A program made the position numbers and the translations under genes. DNA of 64,000 bases from the NCBI GenBank assembly GCA_030704615.1, contig CM060734.1, positions 36,766,001-36,830,000 on the forward strand. The letters run 5' to 3'. The notes below the pieces were generated by a model that had not been told where the DNA came from, searched no databases, and was given only the letters and a program-made list of their open reading frames with translations. The DNA is from Takakia lepidozioides. Taxonomy: Eukaryota > Plantae > Bryophyta. The stretch's first letter is position 1. The number at the start of each line of letters is the position of its first letter. Positions 1 through 10,489 of the stretch are shown piece by piece.

Positions 1-390
1 GCCACATTACACATACCAATCTTGCTTTAGCCTCACTGTGCTCAGCTTTGCTTCTCTGTTTCTCTCTCACTGCCATGTACTGGTGCAATCACAACTACAT
101 ACATCTGGCCAATGAGGTCAAGAGTAGCATTGCTGGAATCAACATTGGGTTTTCCACCATCATTCAGCTACATAATTTCTTGGACAGTATTGTAGGTGGC
201 TGTCTGCAAGCAAGTACCAAGGAAAATCATGGGTTGAGATTCAACACCCCTTAGAGTAGACTCCTCAATACTGGTTCATGTCTTCTCTTTCGGACTATAC
301 TGGGGCCTAGACCAGGACTGATGGGAATGAACACTGTGCAGGTACGCATGATGTCTCCACCAGCCTGTGAGTAAAACACGCAGTCCCTGT
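1..390 (-). repeat. Duplicated copy of the 3' part of NERD-gene intron 3 (paralog of 13980-14372)
   Basis: Near-identical to 13980-14372, from gccacattacacataccaatc to cagtccctgt. Homology switches abruptly to AKR exon-5 sequence at about 390. Confidence 0.95.
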
Positions 391-3300
391 CAATCTCCTC
401 AGTGGAAAGCGTTACCCCCAAAGATCCAATGTTGGATTCAAGGTTAGCCTTCTTTGTTCTACGTTCATGGGGAACCTGGTCTTCAGGGAGCTATTTTAAG
501 TTTGTTTTTCAGTGAGAGAGGGCCCAATTGGGGCTGTTGTATCTGTGTTTGCATGCAGTAGTTGGTTTTACTTCTATTGCCTTGTGGGAACGAGGGTGAG
601 AACATGGATATTTACAGTGCAAGAAGAATTGGTTACATGATACATGTATTAGGTGGCCAGTTTGGTGGACCATGTCCCTCTCCAACATAGTCCAAGAGTG
701 AATTCTAACTGAGGACAGCCTTGGGTGCAGCCTAATTCATTTTTTAAGTTTGGGTCATGCTTTGGAGGGCCACTCTCTCAAAACTTATCTTTTTGCAGAC
801 GGTACCAATGTTAGTAGGCGAGAATTTGGAGAAGAACAAGCTCCTGTTGGAGCGGGTGAACGAGATTGCAAAGCAGAAGCATTGTACTCCGAATCAGCTG
901 GCGCTGGCCTGGGTTCAGCGCAAGGGCCATGATGTAGTGTGCACTTCCAATCCTCAAAGCTGAGAGAGACACACAGACAGAGTTACAAACAAGGGTTGTG
1001 ATGCACCCTTCAGGGTGTGCTCCCCATGCTACCAGCAGGAGTTTCAGCCACCAGGCTGCATATGACACGCTACATCTGACACTGATTGGACTTCCAGTAT
1101 CTCTGTGGAGTTCAATGAGAGACACAGTGAAATATGTACTCCTGAAGATGCTGCCTGGGGAAGTTATCTTGACAGACCCTCTCGGAGATTAATCATTGTG
1201 GGACACTGGCCCTCCTAGAATGGGTTCAGGTGACAGACGGGTATATCTGAGAGAGTCCCAAAATTGGCCTAGTACTTCATCACAGACAGGCACAATATGG
1301 GTACAAGACCTTGAGTATTTGATGTACCAGTCGACAAAACTATAGAATACAATGCTGTTCCAGCACTGCTGCTGTCACCAGCAATTCAACACTGCCAGTC
1401 AGTGTCTATAAACATGAAGGGAGGATGGGGTGGAGTATTACTTTCCGATAGTCACCATCTCCAAGTTCCTCCACCTTTTCGCCGGCAAGAAAACCTCGAC
1501 CAAGTGGACTGTAGGGTACAATACCTATACCCAGCTCTCTGTGCACATGCAAGCCAAAACCACCATGAATGAGGACCAGCTGAGGAAGACTCCCAGGAAC
1601 TTCATTGAGACCATTCAAAAGTAGCTGAAAACACCAGTTCACTCCATGTCAAGTAAGAGCACAGCCTAACTTAGACCCTCAAAGGACTGGGCAGCAGACT
1701 ACTGTTTGAAGGACATAACGCACTCATGACCAATAACATAACAGCTACCTACGGCAGCAGGAAGACTCTCATGCACCTGCAGGTTGGGATGATGTCATCT
1801 TCCACATCACGGACCCAGAGAGACCACTCAAGCTGGATGGCGGTAATGGGGTGTACAGCATGAGCACGCCGAATCTCAGAAGCAGATGCCTCCGACAGCC
1901 CCAAGTATTTCACCTTCCCCTCTTCCACCAGCTTCTTCATCTCCCCAATCTAGAATCCAAAAACTTATTTGCAGGCATGCCTGGACTGGGAAGGGATTAT
2001 CAACACTGTAATATCACTAGTATCACATTTACACCACTCCAGTGTGGCAGTACCTAACTCACACGTGTGTCTGCAACCAGTTATAGTAAAAATTGATCAT
2101 ATATGGGGCATCATAGCAACTATGGCAGGTTTGTGTTGAACTACCACGTACCCCCCAGGGAGCTCAGAGGTCGATGGCTGGACTGCTACAGATGGCAAAG
2201 TATTCCAGTCAGGTAAGTGCATTTCAATAAGATTAATGTCACCCTACCCATGGCGGCCTTTCTCCACACACCACACAGGTGCTGAACTTATCAACCCAGT
2301 ACTGATGCGAGCTAAATTAATGTGTGCAGCAACTCATCCTCCAGCTTCCAAATCTTGCACAAAGCCTCCTCATGCCCACCTTGAAAAAGGAAGTACAACC
2401 GCGTTCCTTCTTGCCGAAGTGAACCCAAACATCCGACCATCTTAAGTGATTCTCAATCACTGGGGAGACATTAAAAACAGTGTTCAGAAGAAGGACAGAA
2501 ATGAACGCACAGTGCCTTCAATGGGAACTTTGGTATCGACACGATGCTGGTAGTAGAGATCAATATAATCAATGTCCAGCCTTTTCAAACTGTCCTCACA
2601 TGCTGCACGAATGTACTCTGGATCTCCCCTCACCCCCATATTCCCTTGCGCATTACGACCAATTCCGAATTTGGTGGCAATTTGCACCCTATCCCGGATG
2701 CCTTTGATTGCCTGCAGACGCCCCACAGCCTCAATCGTTGTCACAAAACTCAAGTGAATAAGAGGCAGGGTCCCCAATTATGGAGTACACAGCAATTATG
2801 TTAGTTTGACCTTTGGAGTTCTAAACTTCCCGTACCTGTGGATCCATCTGGAAGGTGTGACTAGATTGCCAGATACCACAAGTACCCAGCTATTCATGGA
2901 CCATTCCCTCATGACCCACGGTTTCATTTCACACTTTCATTTGGTAACAAAAACATTTGAACACATTTGAGTGAGCCGTATCATTGTTATATCACAGTCA
3001 GGATTATATTAAAGCTGCCACTCCTGTCTGTCTGTCTGTCTCTGTCTCCCTCCCTCTCTGCACCAACAGATTCATGGCCTTCCTCCAGGCTGATGTTTGG
3101 GATCGACAAGTGCATCAAAAATCATGCTATGAAGAAGTGATTCTTGAGATTCCATCCACATTAGCTGGAGCCGTCTTAAACTGTTATCCAAAATCTTCCA
3201 AAAAATGAGAATTTCGGGACGGGAAGAAGAAGAATGTCACAGGTCTGTCAATCATCATGGCATGGATTTCCAATCAACGACAATCGAAAAGACCACAAGA

Positions 3301-3625
3301 TACGGGGACCCAGTACACCTTAAAATCAGATTACACGCCACACATGCAATCAAACCAGCTAAGATGTCAAGAGCATAGTGGAAAGGGAGCTGAAAGTTTT
3401 CACCTTTCCCAGGAAGACCTCACTAGTGTGAGGTCCATAGAAGTCCGAGGTATCGAAGAAGGTGATACCAAGCTCCACAGCATGGCGGATTAGGTCGATC
3501 ATCACCTCATCCGGCTTCGGAGGGCCATATAATGCTGACATGCCCGCGCATCCCAGGCCTTGCCCAGATACTTCCAAGCCCTGAGACCCAAGCTTCACAC
3601 GTGGGATAGCAGGGAGGGAAGCCAT
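391..3625 (-). pseudogene. Rearranged, 3'-truncated aldo-keto reductase paralog (pseudogene or 5' half of a chimeric gene)
   Basis: Exons 3625-3404, 2711-2511, 1949-1777 and 1538-1442 have the same lengths (222/201/173/97 nt) and GT-AG borders as the copy at 39.5-43 kb. Motifs GLGC, DTSDxYG, IATKFG, YYQHR and YSPLGRG are present. The first part of exon 5 is inverted (465-939), only 391-457 stays in sense, and the C-terminus is missing. Confidence 0.9.
465..939 (+). other. Local inversion of the AKR intron-4/exon-5 segment
   Basis: Reverse complement of 39749-40217. The + strand ORF at 757-963 encodes TVPMLVGENLEKNK...LALAWV, which is on the - strand in the intact copy. Confidence 0.93.
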
Positions 3626-3924
3626 GGCCGCTCGCTCGCGCTGGAATCTGAAATCTATTCTAACGAGAAGCCCCACCGCACAACTCGGTGAGGAGGCCTG
3701 GTTCGGCTCGTAAAGCACTGCCAAAAACTTTTGTTTGTATTTATCGTGCCGTTAAAAAGCAGAATCCATCGGGGCGGAATGCACGAATGCACCCCATCAG
3801 CTCCATCGAGTGCCGGCATTCCGAAATGCAGAATACGCACCGGCCATTAGATTTTTTTTATAAAAACAACTCCATGGTAACGCCCCTCGTGTCGGGCATT
3901 CCCAGATTTTCGGGCATACCGCCC

Positions 3925-4307
3925 TGGGGCGTCATGCCCTCAAATCCGGGAATGCCCTAAGTGCCCTCCACTCAGGGCATTACCGTATACGTTCAGCCCC
4001 AACGTCATCTAGGCAGCCAGCTTCAGCCCTGACGAGCGAGACGCTTACTCCGCCATCTGTGCCAGTTGGCTCTCCAGAGCAATGAGAGGTGTTAGTTGTG
4101 CCAGTTGGCTCTCCAGAGCAATGAGAGGTGTTAGTTGGGGCGTCATGCCCTCAAATCCGGGAATGCCCTAAGTGCCCTCCACTCGGGGCATTACCGTATA
4201 CGTTCAGCCCCAACGTCATCTAGGCAGCCAGCTTCAGCCCTGACGAGCGAGACGCTTACTCCGCCATCTGTGCCAGTTGGCTCTCCAGAGCAATGAGAGG
4301 TGTTAGT
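3925..4307. repeat. Nested tandem duplication: 172-bp unit x2 with an extra 39-bp subunit
   Basis: tggggcgtcatgccctc...gttagt starts at 3925 and 4136. The subunit tgtgccagttggctctccagagcaatgagaggtgttagt occurs three times (4058, 4097, ~4269). Confidence 0.92.
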
Positions 4308-5249
4308 TGCGAGTGCTCTGTTCCAAGACCTAGGGCTAGAGTACTCCTACCCTATATCACATTTTCGTGATGCGCACCACTAGAGGCCAAGCTCTCGACA
4401 AGTTCAAGAAGATTCGTCCTCTTCACAATGGTCTTCATCCTAGGTTCTTATAGTGCCGCCACTCAAACTGAAAAACTTGCACCATGTCTGTTGAGCCTTC
4501 CTCCACTGCATCTTTCAGGTAGGGTCCGAGGTCCCACGCTTGTCACTTCTCCCCCGGGTTCTCCATCCCATTCTCGGCAGCAGCTCCAAGGCATCCCAAC
4601 TTCTCTTGATCATGAGCATGTTCAATTCACGCGTCATCTTCTCCAGTTGTGCAGCCAGCTACATCGACTACCCTATCACTCAGCTTTCCCCAACGACATA
4701 CGCCTATCCCTGCAGACCATACTCCGTGCCCAGCTTGCGGTCGCCTTTTTGGGCGCATCAGAGGGCTTGCGCATCATCAGCACACGTGTGCGGCTCTTCA
4801 TCAGTCTCACATAGATAACTCCTCCATATCATCCCACTGTCTTACATGCACCATCTCCTGCTTCTGCATTGCATTGGCTTTCAACTCTGGATGTACTGGG
4901 CGCATTTCAGTTAGGACTGCCAAGACCTCGTATTTATACAAGGATCCTGATGGCATTGCGTCATGAGGTCCAACTGGCACTCTGTCTGGCCTTAGACGGG
5001 CTGGCTCGTATACCAGCATGATATCTTCACTTGTTATTTCCTCAGTGGTGAACTTTGGTTTTGCCCCCTCGTAGCGGTACGTTAGGTCACAGACTGACGC
5101 GCATCCGGCTTCGTCATTTCTTATCTGGAGATTGGGATAGTCTTCAAGATGAGCATCAGTTGCAAGCACAAGCTCTTTGCGGTGCACGTCCCTCTGGCTT
5201 TTTCCACGCAGCCACCCTCATCAGCTCATAGACGATTTCAACATAGTCT

Positions 5250-6305
5250 CATGTTAGGCCGTATTGGCGAATACTCACCACAGCCAGGGCCTTGGCACCC
5301 TTCACACCAGCGCCTCCATCAGCTGATACAATCGCCGCCCTCGAAGCCCTTCACCCATCAGCTGAGGATATCCTTCCGCTTTTCGTTGAGGACTTCGAGC
5401 CAAACCAAGATCTCTAGTTGGATAGAGGTCTTCATCCAAGCCTTCACGCGCAGTCCCCACTTTGCAGCGGCAGATCCTTCCGGTCTCTTGTATCGGCACT
5501 TACGCGATTGCTTCTCTCCACATGACTTTGCTAGTGACTTCTACTATTTCAGGTTTGCTCATTTATTGTTGCCGGACGTATCCCTGCCCCAGTGGCCCGT
5601 CTACTTGGGGCCTCCAGATTGTTGGCTGTGAGCAAATCCTTAGGTCTTGGCATTGGCCCATCGCAGTTGAAGAGGTTCTTAACCGCCTTGTCAGCCGCTC
5701 ACTTTGCCTTCAGTTTGGAGACGCATTCTCCGTCCACCTCTTTCCCCACCAGTTTGGGGTCGCCACTCGAGGAGGTTGCGAGACAATGGTTCAGGGTATC
5801 ATTCGTGCCGCCCTCGATCTTCATCCGGATTGGGTGTTCTTCAGGTCGACGTCACCAACACTTTCAACATTGTCTCACGGTCAGCTATCATTTGGGAGCT
5901 CCGTTCAGCCGGGGGAAATTTCCACCATCTTTGCTCAATTGTTTTATGCATCCGGCGCCAGTACTCATCTCTATTATAATCATCATTTTCGCTTAGGGGA
6001 GTGCTCCATTATTCAATCAGAGGTTGGGACTCGCCCAGGCGGACCTATGTTTGTCATGACTTATCTGTGCTCTCATAACTTCCGCACAAGTACACTCATC
6101 TCGTCTCTTCCCCTCGGTGGCAGATGACACACATATCGTAGCCTTGCCTCGCAGGTACTTCCAGCTTACCATCATTTAGTCACCCAACTCCACACCGTGG
6201 GCCTTTGAGTACTGCAACCTCGCAAATGGACAGTGTGGTCCCCCTCCGGTCTACCTGCCGATTTCATCCCTTCTGCTCACTTCTTTGCTCCTGTCAATGG
6301 TATCA
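5250..6305 (+). mobile_element. Degenerate non-LTR retrotransposon reverse transcriptase, CRE-clade-like
   Basis: Frameshifted motifs HQFGVATRGGCETMV, RAALDLHPDWV, QVDVTNTFNIVSR, GTRPGGP and (V)ADDTHI match the QxGVxxxGGxE / HP / DxxNAFN / QGDP / YLDD layout of CRE-type RTs. Confidence 0.72.
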
Positions 6306-7110
6306 AGAGCTATGGGGCATTGACGTTGGCGAACTGATCTTTGGAGGCTGAATGGCTTGGAAATAAACCCGTTTATGGAGACCCCTACTTGTGGCATTGT
6401 AGAGGAGAATTTCAACCCACTGGCACTGAATTGTGTAGTTTTCCTGAGAATTGCAAGGAGCATAGGCCATTCAGCCTTGTCAAACGTTTTTTCAAAGTCT
6501 AGGAGTAACATGGCGATGGCTTGACCAGTGGCCTCTGCAAAGATTGGTGTCTCCTGAGACAGAAGGATATTGTCTAGAATGAATCTTCCCTTGATGACTC
6601 CGGCCTGGCCTGGCCTAACAACCGTTGGAAGAAGCTGTTGGGAGAAGGGGCTGCAGCCGCAATGCCAAAGTTTTTGCAATTATCTTGTACGAGACATTTA
6701 GAAGGGTGATTGGTCTGTAGTTGGAAATGTGCCTCATATCACTTTTCTTATATAGTAAGGTGATGACCCCCTGGCCATCTGCTCGAGCATGGCCCCCGCT
6801 CTTTTTTATCTCGTTAGCCATTTCACAGAAATCTGCAGAAATGACCTCCCAAAGCGATTTATAGAACTCTAATGGCATCCGGTAGAAGCCAGGGGACTTG
6901 TGGTTTGACATGATTTCCACTGCTTTGAAGAGTTCAGTCTCGATAAACTCTCCGTCGAGGGTGGTTGCACTGAGTTGACTCATTTTGGAAGGGGTTTCTA
7001 AGGCATGTTTCCCTAGCTAGAACAATCCTAGCTGTAGCCTGACGTTGTTTAAAGAGGGCTTCAAAATGGGAGTGTGCGGTGGTGACCATAATCTTGGGAT
7101 CAGAGTGAAG
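6306..7110 (-). mobile_element. Degenerate L1/Tx1-type LINE reverse transcriptase fragment
   Basis: Motifs KSPG..MPLEFYKSLW, GVITLLYKK, ISNYRPITLLNVSYKIIAKTLALRL, GRFILDN, LLDFEKTFD and RSVRQ..CP. Frameshift from a short duplication near 6630. Confidence 0.9.
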
Positions 7111-8725
7111 TTACCCTCTGCAGAACCCACTACCATTACTTACTAATTTAGGAAGTAATAAGTTAGTAGGTAGTAAGAGGGGGGGGGCCTCCCTATATAC
7201 CCTCTGAGGGTGGTGTGAGTCTGTGAGCCTTCTAGAAGCCCGCCGACCCTGGGACCCTTCTAGAAGGCCATGGACACATGTCAACCCTACAAGAGGCCCT
7301 ATCTCAATTTGGCCAATTTAATACACCTCGCGTTCTTCCTTCTTTTTTGGACCTCTTGATCTCATTCCTTAACCCTTAGACGCCCAATAGCCCGTTTTGG
7401 GCCTTTAAAATCAGGAAATTTGCAATAACTTCACAGGATCTTAGCCAATTTGTTTGAGTTTTGGATATGTTATGCCCAGCCACCTGGGCAAATCTGAACC
7501 ATTGGGCGATTTTCCCTGATCAAGGTTAGGGTTCCGGAATTGCTGCGAGAGTGGCGGGTGGTCAGCTCCCGCCATTTTGCTTTTCTCTCCCAAACACTGT
7601 GCTCTGGGTCCCGCGCTTTCTGAGTTCCTCGCGTGAGTTGGAGGGTGCTTGCATGTCGCGGCCCTTTGCCTTGAGGGCGGGGGGGTCGGGACACATGAGG
7701 GGCTGCTCCTGTGGTGGGGGCAGCAACAGCGATAGGTATGGGGGGCTGAAGCACCCTTGAGTGCCCAAGGCACTCAGGGAAGCGGAGGCGCTCACTAGGT
7801 GGAGCCCCGCACACCGGGTTGCGGTGGGGGTGGCTCCACAAGGGGTGGTGGTAGCTTAGTGGGACTTAGTGGGGGTAGCATAGGACTCACCATGGGGGCG
7901 GAGACCTCGTGGTGGGAGTCGTGGGGAGTCTTGGGACTCATCACGGTCCATAGGGGCCGTGGTGAGCGGGCCAAGACTCACCGCGACTCACCACCGGGAA
8001 TCGAGGGTCTTCGTGGTGGTTCGCCATAAAATGGCATGGCTGGTTATGAAACCCCCGCGGACAGCTACAGAAGTATATATAGGGAGTAGTAACCCCGAGA
8101 ACGGTGCAAGCCCGTTGGTGACCAAAAACTAGTGAGTAAGCGAGCGAACCGGAAAGCGAACAAAGAGTGGGGAGCTGTTTCGGACTGCCATCTACCAAAG
8201 GGAATTCTCCTAGTCCCAATTAGGTGGAGGGTTTAGAGGGAAGCGAAGGGGGGAACCGTTATATCCCGGTGAGCAGCCGAAGCTCCAAGTTGGCCCGGGC
8301 GGCCAGGTTGGGAGTCAGGCGCGCGTATCAAAGCGAGTAACTATGACTTGAATGGGAGCTTACCGAAGTGAGGTGCGCGACATTGCAGGTGGCCGTTTGG
8401 ATTCCTTGCAGGTTGCCGTTGCGTTTCCTTGCTCTTGTCTCCTTCTATAACTGAAGCTCCCGCCGTCGCTACATCAGGAAGCTCTTAGCATTCAAGGCGT
8501 TGTTGGCTCATTGCGGCTGGTATGACACCTCTCTTCTATTGCCTGTCATCAAGCTTTGTTTCTTCATGTATGTTGTAGATGCGAGCTTCTTTTTGCATTG
8601 AAGGCTTTGCTTCATTCCTGTAGGCTTGCAGGCAGAGGAACTTATGGAGACAAGTTGCCAAGATTCCCTGTTGTCATTGAAGGAGAAAGAAGGCCCGTTA
8701 CTGGTGACTATATAGGAGAGGAAAC

Positions 8726-9112
8726 ATGGGTTCTGCAGACATGCCTCCAGCAGCTCCTGCGCATTTGCTAAAAGAGTCTCTTGTTATTGGCAATTGGGCT
8801 CGCGCTTTGGGCGCCACTCCAGAGCAAGTCGCCCAATTGATTGGGTGTTTGAATGAGGATTATCTTACGTGCTTGAAGAGGCCCAAGCGGGTGAAGTGGC
8901 CTGCATTTCCAAAACCAGCCAATTTTCGGTACCTATTTCGTCGTCAGGCTGCGGAGATTCTCGGGTGGGTTGATCGTAAAGAGGAAGGTGATCCACATGG
9001 CTTTTCTCCTGAGGTAAATGAGTGTTTGAGGCTATCTGTGTGGCCTGATTTTGATGGATCCTCATCTGCCACCAACGATGAGACTGAAGGCAGTAGCAAG
9101 GTCCAGAGGTAA
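8726..9112 (+). CDS. Accessory ORF (128 aa) inside the piggyBac, function unknown
   Basis: ATG-initiated ORF upstream of the transposase with protein-like composition. Its end overlaps a good splice donor (AG|GTAAGA). Confidence 0.5.
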   Translation: MGSADMPPAAPAHLLKESLVIGNWARALGATPEQVAQLIGCLNEDYLTCLKRPKRVKWPAFPKPANFRYLFRRQAAEILGWVDRKEEGDPHGFSPEVNECLRLSVWPDFDGSSSATNDETEGSSKVQR

Positions 9113-9199
9113 GAATGATTCTGGGCATGCGAGACTTGATGACATTGCGAGTTCAATTTCTGGTTTTGATTCGGGTCTTGCATATTCTCTGCTTAGTTC

Positions 9200-10489
9200 T
9201 CAAGTTGCTAGAAATGTCGCAGGTCATAGCCAATCTTGGGAAGATCTAGGGGTGTTGGGATCCACTATAAAGGTTGCAATGAACCATTTGTACCTGCCTA
9301 ACATGGCTTCTTCTTCCAACGTCCAAGAATTTGGTTATTGTACTGTCGTGGACGCAATAGATGGGAAACAATTTTGAGGTGTTTGCACCTAGTGGACAAC
9401 CGGTTAGTGGAGGTGGATAAATCAGCCCCTGCTTATGATAAAATTGCAAAGACCCGTTGGTTGTTAGACCAGCAAAATGACTTGTATGCTCGATACTGGC
9501 AACCCGATCAAAACCTGTGTGTGGATGAGATGATGGTGAAGTACAAAGGTAAGTACTCTAACCTGCAGCAGTATATGAGCAAAAAACTAGTGAAATGGGG
9601 TATAAAGTGGTGGTGCTTGGCTGGTGCTAAAAGCCGATATGTTCACAAGATGGAGGTGTACCTTGGCTGTGATGATGCAATTGATTTGACACACGGGTAG
9701 GGATATTCTGTTGTAACCAGACCGTTGGCTGGTTTTGAGGGGAAAGGGCACATAGTGACCATGGATAATTTCTTTACTAGTCCTATTCTTTTCTATGACT
9801 TGGCTGTCCAGAATATCTATGCTACTGGTACTGTGAAGACAACTCGGGTGGGATTCCCTTCATGTCTTGATTTTGGAAAGAGAGGAGAGAGAGGCACTAT
9901 GCAGTACCGCATGCATAGATCTAACAAATTGGTGGCACTGTCTTGGTTTGACAACAAGCCAGTCACATTGTTGAGCACTGCTTGCAGCCCTGTGGGGGCA
10001 GATTGCTTCATTGAGCGGTGGCACAACGGTGCTCGCCGCATGGTCCCCACTTCCCCCATTGTGAAGCACTATCAAGAACACATGAGGGGGATTGATGTGT
10101 AGGATCAATTGAGGGGCTACTACAGTGTGCAAACGCATGATCACAAGTGGTGGCACCGCTTGTTCTTTCATATCATTGACACATCGCTGGTGAATTCTTA
10201 TTTGTTGTATCTGGCTTGGATGAAAGAGAAGGACAGGAAGCCGCGGTCTCATATGCTCTTCAACATTCAAGTGGCCAATGGGTTGATTGCCGGGTGGGTT
10301 GCTCCCATGAGAACTGTCTTGGAAGGGGCTTCTGTTCGAAACCCGGGAGCACTTTGCTTCTCCCAAAAAAGTGCTATGAGAAGGAAGTGTGTCGAGTGTG
10401 GTGCCCGACAAAGGTTTTTTTGTGCTTTGTGTGGAGATATTAGCATCTGTTTGGGGACCTGCTTTGTCAAACGTCACAGCCTGGTTTGA
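9200..10489 (+). pseudogene. piggyBac (PGBD-like) transposase with in-frame stops
   Basis: Motifs RNRWETILRCLHL, LCVDEMMVKYKG, KWGIK, VTMDNFFTS, ATGTV, WFDNKPV, MRGIDV*DQL, KWWHRLF and a C-terminal CxxC...CxxC...C..CFxxxH domain. TAG stops at 9698 and 10100; the N-terminus is degraded. Confidence 0.93.

Noticed and set aside
3925-4307. Repeats resembling a CRISPR array
   Set aside because: Eukaryotic context, contiguous tandem units with no unique spacers, and no cas genes.
7119-7372. Idea that the two LTR+piggyBac units arose with the AKR duplication, since each lies upstream of an AKR copy
   Set aside because: The AKR copies align almost base for base including introns, whereas the LTRs share only short blocks. 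AKR homology also stops ~45 nt upstream of the ATG.
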